A DNA stretch of 32,000 nucleotides, taken from assembly GCA_003345555.1 (NCBI GenBank), contig PRDJ01000012.1, positions 12,280 through 44,279 on the forward strand. The letters run 5' to 3'. Positions 18,798-27,989 of this stretch are shown one piece after another. The translations under genes were made by a program, and so were the position numbers. The stretch's first letter is position 1. The number at the start of each line of letters is the position of its first letter. Below the pieces are notes generated by a model, which was not told where the DNA came from, searched no databases, and worked only from the letters and a program-made list of their open reading frames with translations. This DNA is from Candidatus Thorarchaeota archaeon. GTDB lineage: Archaea; Asgardarchaeota; Thorarchaeia; Thorarchaeales; Thorarchaeaceae.

Positions 18798-19445
18798 CTA
18801 CACCTGATGAAGGAACCCTGAGGCAACCAGAGCAATGCCCACGAATATCATGAGGTAGTCAAAGAACGTGTCGAATGCAGAATAAAGGAAGTTTAGCTCG
18901 GGACCGCCCGCTAACATAAGAACGCCCCCCGTCGTCAGTACGGCACCCATGAGTATCAGGAGCCCGCCAAAGAAAGCTCCTACTCGCCTCACGAATCGTC
19001 TCGCTTCTAGTGTTTCCAGTTTCATGGACAGTTCTCTGTCGACGCGATCGAAGTGCTTTATAGCTTCGTTTAGGCTTTTCTCTGCCGTTCTTGCCTGTTC
19101 AATCTTTCCCTCCAACTCTACCTTGCCAGTATCATCCTTCGGAACAGCACCATCAGTCGTCATTCCATCACCCGATGCTTTCTTTTCCAGTCGTTCGATG
19201 GCCCTTGATATCTCAACTCTGAGGTTGTCGGCCTTATCACGCGTTTCCATATCCGACCGCGGAATGCCACCTATCCGTTCCAGCTCCAGTCTCAGCCCGG
19301 CTCTCTCTTCGCCCAGTCGGAGTAAATCCTCAATAATCTCGTCCCTTACTTCTCTCTTGAGGCGCGAGCGTTCATGTACCTTTCGCGCTCGCATGGCATG
19401 CTGCTTCTCTTCGGGCTCTGAGCTGCCCTTTTTCGTGTCACTCAT
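18798..19445 (-). CDS. Coiled-coil protein with two C-terminal TM helices
   Basis: Charged, heptad-like N-terminal ~150 aa followed by two hydrophobic helices. The ATG at 19445 is 2 nt after the APC gene stop. Confidence 0.7.
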   Translation of the reverse strand: MSDTKKGSSEPEEKQHAMRARKVHERSRLKREVRDEIIEDLLRLGEERAGLRLELERIGGIPRSDMETRDKADNLRVEISRAIERLEKKASGDGMTTDGAVPKDDTGKVELEGKIEQARTAEKSLNEAIKHFDRVDRELSMKLETLEARRFVRRVGAFFGGLLILMGAVLTTGGVLMLAGGPELNFLYSAFDTFFDYLMIFVGIALVASGFLHQV

Positions 19446-19447
19446 TC

Positions 19448-21244
19448 CTATCCGCCTCCCTGAGGAGCAAATAGGTATCTCGTCGTAAACAAAAGATAGC
19501 CAGTGACGAGTGCGGTAAGTGCGGATGCCCACAGAGATAAAGATAGTAAGAACCGATAACCATCGTAGTGCCCTGCTATGAGAGGGTACTGTAGAATCTC
19601 ATAGAATGCCGCGTAAAACACCCCCACTCCGACAGCCGCGAAAACCAGTAACCCAATGGCCGCCAGAGTCTTCAAGACGTGAAGACTGCTTGTCATCAGC
19701 TCAAGTCGTTGCGATATGCTGCTTGGGGCTGCTGCGAGAGGAGAACCTATCTTCATCATGCGATTAACAGGGAGTATTGGAGCGATGCTGCAGACGATTT
19801 GGAGTGCTGCACCCCAAGTCAACGCCGGTGCAAGCTGATAGGTCAGGCCACCAACTGACAAGACGATGGATCCCCCTCCGATTGCGACGCAACCCAATAG
19901 GACCAATCCACCGCCTATTCCTATGCCAGCAATAGAGTACTTCCGGTTTGACCAAGAAGATATCTTGTAGAAGTATAGTAGCAGCCCGAAGACGGCTATT
20001 GCAGCTCCGGTCGCAATTGCTAGCCGGTCCACAAGAAGCACCATCCCAAACAGAAGGGAGGCCGTCGCCAAGGACACTAGATCATTGGACCTGAAGTGAC
20101 GTTTCAGAGCACTCCTTTTCCGTCTGAGAGGAAAGACGGAGGCCACGACCAATCCAAGGGATAAGAACAGGTTGAAGTTCGCTACATGTGTCACGAATTC
20201 TAGGCCTCCGGTAGATGCGAAGAATGCCATCAGAACGGATGCCGTGATTGTGGCTATTGTTGGGACACCAATGCCATGAGTGCGGCAGAACAGGTCAGGC
20301 AGGAGGCCGTCCTTGCTCATAGCGAACATGACTCGCGTGGTTGCCAAGATTGCAATGTTCACGCTAGTTAGAGTTGCTGCGACGCCAATCACGGCAATGA
20401 GAACTTCCCCACCCACTCCTAGGATTCGCTGTCCCAGAAGCACCAGCGGTGATGTCGACTCTGAGAGTGCCGTCGCGCCCAAGACGCCGACGGCAGCCAG
20501 CACAATGACTACGTACATCAAGATACAGATGAGTACGCTCATCAGAGTTGCACTAGGAAGATCCCTCCGGGGGCGCTTCGCCTCGCCGCTTATGTTGGCG
20601 ATTGTTTCAAAGCCAAAGTATGCCACAAACAGAAATGCAGTTGCCTGCAGTGTCCCGGTCCACCCGAGAGGCATGAAAGGAGACATATTACCTGGCGAGA
20701 ATGAGAATATCGACCCCCCAACCAGAATCGCGAGGCCGGCGATGAGGCACAGCACAAGCAACATCTGTATTTCGCCGGATTCTTTCATCCCTTTCAGATT
20801 AATCACGGCGAATACAGCTATGACCAGAAGAGCAACGACAATATTAGCCAAGCCAGACAATCCAATTACCGGACCAATGACGAATGCGAAACCCAAGGCA
20901 CTCAGGCTTCCGTAAACCACGTTCGCGAAGAGGAACAACCAGCCGCATAGAAAGGCCAGCGGCCCGCCATATGCCTTCTTGGCGAAGGTATAGCCGCCTC
21001 CGCTCTCGGGGAATGTCGACGAGAGCTCTGCATAGCTCATGCCAATCGGTATAGTCAGTATGCCGGAAAGAAGGATTGCCAAGACTATTGAGGGCCCAGC
21101 CATTCCGGCTGCAGGACCTAAGGACACAAAGAGAGGTGCCCCGATCGTGCCGCCGACGCCTATTGCCACGAGGGTTTTCTTGTCCACGCGCTTGGGCAAG
21201 TCGACGGTTCTATCTTCTGTGACCGCCGTCATTTTGAGGTCCAT
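19448..21244 (-). CDS. APC-family amino acid permease with a C-terminal membrane extension
   Basis: TM1 GVGGTIGAPLF, YAELSSTFPESGGGY, TM6 FVAYFGFETIANISGEAKRP, and ATTRVMFAMSKDGLLP. Confidence 0.92.
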   Translation of the reverse strand: MDLKMTAVTEDRTVDLPKRVDKKTLVAIGVGGTIGAPLFVSLGPAAGMAGPSIVLAILLSGILTIPIGMSYAELSSTFPESGGGYTFAKKAYGGPLAFLCGWLFLFANVVYGSLSALGFAFVIGPVIGLSGLANIVVALLVIAVFAVINLKGMKESGEIQMLLVLCLIAGLAILVGGSIFSFSPGNMSPFMPLGWTGTLQATAFLFVAYFGFETIANISGEAKRPRRDLPSATLMSVLICILMYVVIVLAAVGVLGATALSESTSPLVLLGQRILGVGGEVLIAVIGVAATLTSVNIAILATTRVMFAMSKDGLLPDLFCRTHGIGVPTIATITASVLMAFFASTGGLEFVTHVANFNLFLSLGLVVASVFPLRRKRSALKRHFRSNDLVSLATASLLFGMVLLVDRLAIATGAAIAVFGLLLYFYKISSWSNRKYSIAGIGIGGGLVLLGCVAIGGGSIVLSVGGLTYQLAPALTWGAALQIVCSIAPILPVNRMMKIGSPLAAAPSSISQRLELMTSSLHVLKTLAAIGLLVFAAVGVGVFYAAFYEILQYPLIAGHYDGYRFLLSLSLWASALTALVTGYLLFTTRYLFAPQGGG

Positions 21245-21425
21245 TCAGGCCTTTCAGCGTTAATAAGCCTATAGAAAAAACGAGTTTCGCGCCTCTGTCA
21301 AACCCTTTCATGTGCGGAGTCAAACACAAATCTCGTCACACCAAAACTGCCGTTCTGTATTCACTGCGTAAGAGATATAGCAGAGGTCCAAGACCTGTGT
21401 GCTAAGTAATTAGAGGTGCGTTGGA

Positions 21426-22424
21426 ATGGCACGTGTTGCTATCAATGGTTTTGGGCGGACTGGACGCCAATTCATGCGTCAAGTCCTGGCAAAGAAGAAC
21501 TTGGAAGTCGTCGCTATCAACGACCTGACGGATGCAAAGACCTTGGCCCACCTGTTCAAGTACGATACGGCCATGCGTCAGTTCAACGGCACGGTCACTG
21601 CGACGAAAGATGGCATTGTAATCAATGGCAAGGAAATCAAGATCCTATCCGAGAAGGACCCTACGAAGTTGCCTTGGAAGCAGATGGCTATCGACATTGT
21701 CATTGAATCGACTGGAGTCTTCAGGGACACTGCTGATTGTCAGAAGCACGTTGCGGCAGGAGCCAAGAAAGTCATCCTGACTGCACCAGCAAAGGGAGAA
21801 ATGCCGACCTTTGTCATGGGAGTGAACGAGTCAACCTACGATCCTGCAAAGCACCACATCGTATCAAATGCGTCTTGCACAACGAACTGCCTAGCACCCA
21901 TGGTGAAGATTGTTGATGAGGCCTTTGCAATTGTCAAAGGCATGATGACGACAGTACATGCTGTAACAAATGATCAAAGACTGCTCGACCTCCAGCACAC
22001 CGACTTGAGAAGAGCCAGAGCAGCAGCATGGAACATAGTGCCCACATCAACTGGAGCAGCTAAGGCCATTGGTTTGGTGTATCCCAAGGCAAAAGACAAG
22101 ATGAATGGTATAGCAATCAGGGTGCCAGTGCTGGATGTCTCGCTTACAGACCTGAGCGTCGTTGTCCAGAAACCAGCCACAGTCGAAACAGTCAATGCGG
22201 CATTCAAGAAGGCAGCCGACGGAGCAATGAAGCCGTACCTGCGCTACACTGACGAGGAGCTCGTCTCATCCGACTTCATAGGAGACACGCACTCGTGCAT
22301 CTTCGACTCATTGCAGACGATGATTGTCGGCGATATGGTAAAGGTGCTCGGCTGGTACGACAACGAATTAGGCTATTCCACGAGGTTGACTGACCTCGCG
22401 AGCTTCATGGCACAGAAGCTGTAG
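21426..22424 (+). CDS. gap: Glyceraldehyde-3-phosphate dehydrogenase, class I (bacterial/eukaryotic type)
   Basis: INGFGRTGR, catalytic SNASCTTNCLAP, RRARAAA, STGAAKA and WYDNELGYS. Confidence 0.97.
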   Translation: MARVAINGFGRTGRQFMRQVLAKKNLEVVAINDLTDAKTLAHLFKYDTAMRQFNGTVTATKDGIVINGKEIKILSEKDPTKLPWKQMAIDIVIESTGVFRDTADCQKHVAAGAKKVILTAPAKGEMPTFVMGVNESTYDPAKHHIVSNASCTTNCLAPMVKIVDEAFAIVKGMMTTVHAVTNDQRLLDLQHTDLRRARAAAWNIVPTSTGAAKAIGLVYPKAKDKMNGIAIRVPVLDVSLTDLSVVVQKPATVETVNAAFKKAADGAMKPYLRYTDEELVSSDFIGDTHSCIFDSLQTMIVGDMVKVLGWYDNELGYSTRLTDLASFMAQKL

Positions 22425-22446
22425 TGGTTTTGAGAACGCTCTGAAC

Positions 22447-22472
22447 GGGAGGCCGCCTTTATCGCGGCCCCC
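22447..22472 (+). terminator. GC-rich hairpin downstream of gap, possible terminator or stability element
   Basis: GGG-A-GGCCGC-(CTTTATC)-GCGGCC-CCC followed by a pyrimidine-rich tract. Confidence 0.45.
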
Positions 22473-22534
22473 TGCTCTAGTCTGTCTTGTTTCGTTCATC
22501 GCTTGATTGTCAGGTGCAGAACAGGTAGCTGATT

Positions 22535-23557
22535 ATGCCGGCGCATTATCCCATCAGTCAAATCGATCCAGTCAAAGGACAGCTGCTGTTCAGAGGAGCA
22601 GATGCCACAGTACTTGCCGGGAAGGAGAGCTTCGAGAGCGTTTTGCATCTGTTGATTCATGGTCGTTTGCCTGGAAAGGAACAGCTCAACATGTTGACGG
22701 CGCTGATGAGAAACTACAGGTTTCACGGTCCCGACGTAATGGATTCTCAGCCGCACGAGTGGAAGTCAAACGAGGAAACTCATCTCATGGTGTTGGCAAG
22801 TCAGTTGGAGGACTACGCCGAAAGGTTCGACTTTGATGTCTACGAATCCCTCATCTTCTTCGTGACTCTGACACCGATGGTCATTACATCTCAATGGCGT
22901 TTAGCGCATGGTGAGAAGACGATCTCTCCTCGGAACGATTTCGGGCAAGCAGCTAACCTACTTCGGATGCTGGGAAATCAAACGGATCAGGAGTTGGTAA
23001 GAGACTTTGAAACCTGTCTTATTCTTCATATGGATGATCCACAGAACCCTTCTCTCAATGCTTTGGAAGAGAAGATGAAATCCGGTGCCTCTCCATCAGA
23101 GTCGCTTATCGCCGCGCTGAACGAACATTCGAAGCCGCTGCATCACGGTGCTGGATGGGAAGCATTCAAGACCATCAGCGCAATCCATGACCCAGCTGAC
23201 GTTCCGGAGATGCTCGCAGATAGAATGGACCGCGGTGACCGGATATTCGGCCTCGGTCATCGAGTATACCGAACCATAGATCCAAGAGCCGATGTCATGA
23301 GAGAGATGCTACGTCGGAGGACGGCGGGCACTCCTCAAGAGTCGCTCTTCCAAGTCATCGAGGCTATAGCGACTGAGGGGAGTCGGTTGATCATGGAACG
23401 CAAGGGCCTCACCGTGTACCCCAACATTGACCTATACAATGCTGCGGTCTACTCGGTGCTTGGCGTACCCGCGGAACTCAACACACAGATGTTCGCCATT
23501 TCCCGTGTGTGTGGCTGGACAGCTCACATTCTGGAACTCCTTAGGACTCGGGGCTAG
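22535..23557 (+). CDS. Citrate synthase / citryl-CoA lyase family protein (divergent)
   Basis: ISQIDPVKGQLLFRG, PLHHGAG, GLGHRVY..IDPRA, YPNIDLY and FAISRVCGWTAHILE. Confidence 0.85.
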   Translation: MPAHYPISQIDPVKGQLLFRGADATVLAGKESFESVLHLLIHGRLPGKEQLNMLTALMRNYRFHGPDVMDSQPHEWKSNEETHLMVLASQLEDYAERFDFDVYESLIFFVTLTPMVITSQWRLAHGEKTISPRNDFGQAANLLRMLGNQTDQELVRDFETCLILHMDDPQNPSLNALEEKMKSGASPSESLIAALNEHSKPLHHGAGWEAFKTISAIHDPADVPEMLADRMDRGDRIFGLGHRVYRTIDPRADVMREMLRRRTAGTPQESLFQVIEAIATEGSRLIMERKGLTVYPNIDLYNAAVYSVLGVPAELNTQMFAISRVCGWTAHILELLRTRG

Positions 23558-23586
23558 AGCAAAGAAGACCAGACAGGAGTCAATTC

Positions 23587-24483
23587 TCACTTCAAGCCCC
23601 ATGTCGATACCGCATCAACCGCGGCTTTTCTCTCCGCAGCAGTAAGCGATTGGATTGGCGGTCGACATTCTCCACCAACAAGCCCCAGGTAATCCATCAT
23701 GGCTTTCACGACTGGCACGTTGTTCGCAGTTGCCTTGCCCTCTCTCAGGTTCTCAAACGGTGTGATTAGTGCATGGACTTTCATTGCCTCGGCGTAGTCA
23801 TTTCGTTTGAGCGCATCGAACATCCGCTGAGAAACTCTTGGAGCGAAGTTACCGAGCCCGGTCGTGAACCCTTCAGCCCCGGCCAGCCAGAAGAATGGAG
23901 CAAATCTCTCAGCAGTGCCGCATGACCATATGACACGTTTACCAAGTGTCTGGATGCTGTAAGCGAAGTCGACCACTCGTCCGAAAGCGTATTTAACACC
24001 GACGACGTTCCTGTGATTGATGAGTTCCTTGAGAACGGCATCAGTAAGCAGCGGCCCTCTCTTGTATAGCGTAACACCGATCTTGGCCGCATCCAGTATC
24101 CTTCGATAGTAGCCCACGATTCCCTCTTCCGAGCTAAAGACATGCTGAGGATAGAGTATCATCACACCCTCTGCGCCCATTGATTCCGCATGCTTGGTCA
24201 TGCTGATAGCTGTCGTCACGCTGTTGCCCACACCGGGCATGACAAGCATCTTGCCCGAACACGCCTCGGTTGTGGCTTTGACCACTTGGCCCCACTCTGC
24301 TTCTGAAAGCGAGTAGAACTCTCCTGTGTTCCCGCAAGGTATGACAAGACGGACGCCGTTCTTCTTCAGGTGCGACATGTTAGTTGATATGCCGTTGATA
24401 TCAACCTGAGACAGGTCCGTGCTGAACGGTGTGGCAGTGGTCACGCAATAACCGCGAAGAGCATCTTGAAGGGCTTCGAACAT
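23587..24483 (-). CDS. DHDPS/N-acetylneuraminate lyase family class I aldolase
   Basis: TPF, GNTGEFYSL, LYKR (catalytic Tyr position) and GVKYA (Schiff-base Lys). Likely start is ATG 24483 with an upstream GGAG. Confidence 0.9.
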   Translation of the reverse strand: MFEALQDALRGYCVTTATPFSTDLSQVDINGISTNMSHLKKNGVRLVIPCGNTGEFYSLSEAEWGQVVKATTEACSGKMLVMPGVGNSVTTAISMTKHAESMGAEGVMILYPQHVFSSEEGIVGYYRRILDAAKIGVTLYKRGPLLTDAVLKELINHRNVVGVKYAFGRVVDFAYSIQTLGKRVIWSCGTAERFAPFFWLAGAEGFTTGLGNFAPRVSQRMFDALKRNDYAEAMKVHALITPFENLREGKATANNVPVVKAMMDYLGLVGGECRPPIQSLTAAERKAAVDAVSTWGLK

Positions 24484-24499
24484 GTTGTGACACTCACTC

Positions 24500-25345
24500 C
24501 TATGGGAAGTCCTTGATAATTCTCTCCTTGTCCCGCGAGGAGAGGTCGAAATCAATGGCGATTTCTTTGTACGGGTTCGAGCACGGGTTTCCTCGAGCCA
24601 CGTGCATCTTGAAGGAGAGCTTCTTGGGACCGATTCTGTGCATCTCGATTATGTATGAATATGTGGTCTCGCCCATCAGAGCATTGTCGCGAATCCTAGC
24701 CGCTCTGTGCCGGCATATTGAGTCGAAACCCCTACTGTCGCTATGAGTACTCAGTATCGCTGTCATGTCACGCAGCGAGGAAGCGGACTCGAGCATCTTG
24801 GTCGCCATTTGATGTCTCTTTTCACTTGTAGGTAGCGGCCCACCAGCTTCACGTTCCTCCTTTGACGCCTTGAGCACGACATCCTTTGTGGGGAGCTTCA
24901 TGTGATGGTTGGCACGCGTTATACTCCTTGGGTTTCTCTCTAGCTCACACACGCCCTCGCCGATTTCAATTGCACCCACGCCTTCGAGTGTACCGACGAC
25001 GAAGTTGCACCATTGGTAGCGCTTGCCGCTCCGAAGTGAGTCGGATACCATATCATGGGCCTTGTCCACCGTCTTTGCTTTCCTAAGTATCTCTTCGAGA
25101 AGGAAGTCGTAGGCATCTGCTTGCTTAATCAAAACCGTGGAACTGCAGGCTGCTAGACCCCACTTGTTAACGCCGATAGAAACGCCGGCCTTCGTACCGG
25201 TCCCGATGTTTACTCCGGAGACTGCAAACAGGGTATCGTCAAACAATGCGGAGTCCCTGAAATCCTCATATACCAAGTCCCGATTCTTGAGCAGGAACAG
25301 CCCATCACCAACTCTCTTGGCGGCTATTGTGCAACCGTCTGACAT
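24500..25345 (-). CDS. Ntn-hydrolase (C45/AAT-like amidohydrolase or acyltransferase)
   Basis: N-terminal MSDG-CT (candidate Cys nucleophile), KNRD, GVNKWGLA and TRANH. Confidence 0.75.
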   Translation of the reverse strand: MSDGCTIAAKRVGDGLFLLKNRDLVYEDFRDSALFDDTLFAVSGVNIGTGTKAGVSIGVNKWGLAACSSTVLIKQADAYDFLLEEILRKAKTVDKAHDMVSDSLRSGKRYQWCNFVVGTLEGVGAIEIGEGVCELERNPRSITRANHHMKLPTKDVVLKASKEEREAGGPLPTSEKRHQMATKMLESASSLRDMTAILSTHSDSRGFDSICRHRAARIRDNALMGETTYSYIIEMHRIGPKKLSFKMHVARGNPCSNPYKEIAIDFDLSSRDKERIIKDFP

Positions 25346-25421
25346 GTACGCGCTGCTCTCCTCTCTGGCATTTGTACCTGATGGTCATGGCTCATCCATC
25401 GACTGCTCGCGTCTTCATCGG

Positions 25422-26651
25422 TCAGCTTCCGCTAGAAACCGGATCGTCAGATGTTGTCGGCGTGATAATAGCGGCCTCTTCTTTCTGTCGTGCTTGCTTC
25501 TCCACCTTGAAGAGCGTTGCACAGACAACCATTGCAGCAAGATTGAACACAAGAGTAACCCATGCCAAAGGCTGAAAACGATAGAAAACCAACTCGGCGA
25601 ACAGACCTCCGACAATCGGACCTAGCGCATTCCCTGCGTTCTGTGCACCATTGACAATGCCCATGGCGCTACCACGTTCCTCATCTCTGGACATTCGAGC
25701 TGCAAAAGAATAGCCTCCGGTTTGGGCAAGAGCATAGATGGGTAGCATGTAGAGTACTGTTGCAACGAGTGGGTCCGTGGCGAGACCCCACCCGACAGCA
25801 TATAGGGAGTAGGACACGTATGCCGTGAACAGGATAGGAACGGCGCCATGCTTGTCAACAAGCTTCCCAATGAAGCCCGTGATAAGGACTGCAGCAAGGG
25901 TTGCGCCAGAGTTGGCATAACCAACGTATGTCGCATTGCCGACTAGTTCGTCCACAATCACAATCGCCATCACGAACGATGTGGCATAGATACCTATCGT
26001 GCTGAGGGAAACGGCAAGAGCAAGCCTTGCCATCCCGGGTTTCCTAATCATCGTCCTAAACCTGACCTTCGTACGGACCCCCGGCTGGACAACGGGCAGA
26101 TCTTTGACGAGGGCGGCGCTCAAGCCTACGGCGATAATACAAATGGCCGCAGATATTCTGAACAAGGTGTACATGCCGAGGGGATCGTGAAGAATACCAC
26201 TGACCAATGCTCCAAAGAACCACCCAGCTGACTGAACGACCATGAAGAACCCAAGGCGTTCGCCCTTCTTTGTTGTCTTGCTCGTGAGATAGGCTTGGCC
26301 TGCAGGGATCGCTGCTGCTGAAAATGCAGCTCCTGCCATCGCGACCAACACGAACAGAAGAACATTGGTCACAAAGGAATAGAGAAGGAACGTGTAGGAG
26401 TACCCTATGAAACCAAGCACCATGAATGGTTTCCTCTTTCCAACACGGTCTGACAACGAACCCCAGAAATACACCGCTGCCGTCGTCACCAAAGCTGGAG
26501 CGGCCCAGACATAGGCCAAGACGAGAGGCGAGGCCTCACCCAAGTCATGTTTCGCAAAGTACGTAATGAACTGCCATGCTATTGCCTGTCCCATGTTCTG
26601 ACAGCTGTATGCGAGATACACTGCTAATCGAGACCGGTCAATCTCAACCAT
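25422..26651 (-). CDS. MFS transporter
   Basis: Motif A WGSLSDRVGKRKP and GKLVDKHGAV, with about 12 TM helices. Confidence 0.92.
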   Translation of the reverse strand: MVEIDRSRLAVYLAYSCQNMGQAIAWQFITYFAKHDLGEASPLVLAYVWAAPALVTTAAVYFWGSLSDRVGKRKPFMVLGFIGYSYTFLLYSFVTNVLLFVLVAMAGAAFSAAAIPAGQAYLTSKTTKKGERLGFFMVVQSAGWFFGALVSGILHDPLGMYTLFRISAAICIIAVGLSAALVKDLPVVQPGVRTKVRFRTMIRKPGMARLALAVSLSTIGIYATSFVMAIVIVDELVGNATYVGYANSGATLAAVLITGFIGKLVDKHGAVPILFTAYVSYSLYAVGWGLATDPLVATVLYMLPIYALAQTGGYSFAARMSRDEERGSAMGIVNGAQNAGNALGPIVGGLFAELVFYRFQPLAWVTLVFNLAAMVVCATLFKVEKQARQKEEAAIITPTTSDDPVSSGS

Positions 26652-26801
26652 GGAATGGCGCCCCTAGCTGGTCGGCGTCCGATTCTCATTAGGTAATAAT
26701 GTTATGGTGTAACAAGGGTCGAACAGGGTTCAACAGAGAGCAGCTATTGCGGAATGCGCTGGTCGGAGGGTTCTTCAGTGTTTCAAACTCCGGGCTGTCT
26801 T

Positions 26802-27929
26802 GTGTCCTCTTGCGACAACGAACTGGTTCTCCGCATCGAGAATCTCCGAGCATACTACACCTCGAAGAAGGGAATCGTCCGAGCAGTTGATGATGTATCG
26901 TTCGATATCAAGAGAGGCGAATCAGTTGGACTGTTTGGTGAGTCAGGCTCTGGCAAGACTTCAGTCGCGCTGGCAATCATGGGCGTCTTCGACAGGATGT
27001 CGAGATACTATGCCTCTTCTTCGGGCGACGAAACGACAAGGCACCTTTGGGAGCTTCGTGACCAAGCGAGGAAGAAAGGGCTCACATCATCAGACATGAA
27101 TGAGGTTCTGCCCGGAGTTGAGGGGCACATATGGTTCAAGGACAAGGACCTGCTGGCTCTGGATGAAAAGGAGTACAGAAAGATACGGGGCAACGAAATC
27201 ACGTACGTGCCTCAGGGTTCAAAGAAGTCGATGAATCCGTACATGACCATCGACTACCAGACAGCTGAGTCCCTATGGGCGCACGACGAGAAGAGGATTC
27301 TTCAGGAACGCCAAGTCATCCGGCGGGTCCTTCAGGCTCTTGACCTCGTTGAGCTTGCTGACGTCGACATCAGGAAGGATTTCAAGCCTACTCAATTCAG
27401 TGTTGGAGAAGACCAACGCGTACTAATCGCAATGGCTCTGATTACGAAACCTGCTCTCATGATTGCTGATGAGCCTACAACAGGATTGGATTCTGGCGTG
27501 CAGCAGAGGGTCCTTGCCGCGATCGACCTCGTAAGAAAAGAGCTCAGCACTTCAATGCTGATCATAAGCAATGACCAAAGGCTCATAGAATGGACCACCA
27601 ATAGAGTTGCCGTCATGTCAGCAGGGCGAATCATGGAGTTTGGTGAAACCAACAAAGTGCTAAAGTTGCCCGGTCATCCATTCACGAGGGCCTTTGTGAT
27701 GAGCAACCCAACAATGGAGGCCCTGCGGCGAATACGAGAAAAGGGATTGGTGATTCGGGGTATACCGGGCAGCCCACCAGATATGACTAGCCCGCCCAGT
27801 GGTTGTCGGTTCCATCCTAGGTGTGAATACATGGTGCCGCTTTGCAGAGAAAAGGTCCCTGACTACAGGGAGGTTGAGCCCGGCCACTGGATTTGTTGTC
27901 ACAGGTACGAAGAACTGCCAGAGTTCTGA
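26802..27929 (+). CDS. Orphan DppD-like ABC ATPase with a degenerate signature and H-loop
   Basis: Walker A GESGSGKTS, Walker B IADEPTT and the C-terminal Cys domain are present; signature is FSVGEDQR and H-loop is ISND. Start is GTG 26802 or ATG 26754. Confidence 0.88.
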   Translation: MSSCDNELVLRIENLRAYYTSKKGIVRAVDDVSFDIKRGESVGLFGESGSGKTSVALAIMGVFDRMSRYYASSSGDETTRHLWELRDQARKKGLTSSDMNEVLPGVEGHIWFKDKDLLALDEKEYRKIRGNEITYVPQGSKKSMNPYMTIDYQTAESLWAHDEKRILQERQVIRRVLQALDLVELADVDIRKDFKPTQFSVGEDQRVLIAMALITKPALMIADEPTTGLDSGVQQRVLAAIDLVRKELSTSMLIISNDQRLIEWTTNRVAVMSAGRIMEFGETNKVLKLPGHPFTRAFVMSNPTMEALRRIREKGLVIRGIPGSPPDMTSPPSGCRFHPRCEYMVPLCREKVPDYREVEPGHWICCHRYEELPEF

Positions 27930-27989
27930 TGTGCTAGAATGAAGAATCTCAGCTCCAGCCATTTCAGGTCCGGAGCTGAGTCTCCGGGA

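Noticed and set aside
18949-21263. Long plus-strand ORFs 18949..19488, 20280..20915 and 21039..21263
   Set aside because: They are antisense shadows of the APC and coiled-coil genes.
22507-22836. Alternative-frame ORF overlapping the citrate-synthase-like start (possible frameshift)
   Set aside because: Family similarity begins right after ATG 22535, and no slippery site or homology supports the other frame.
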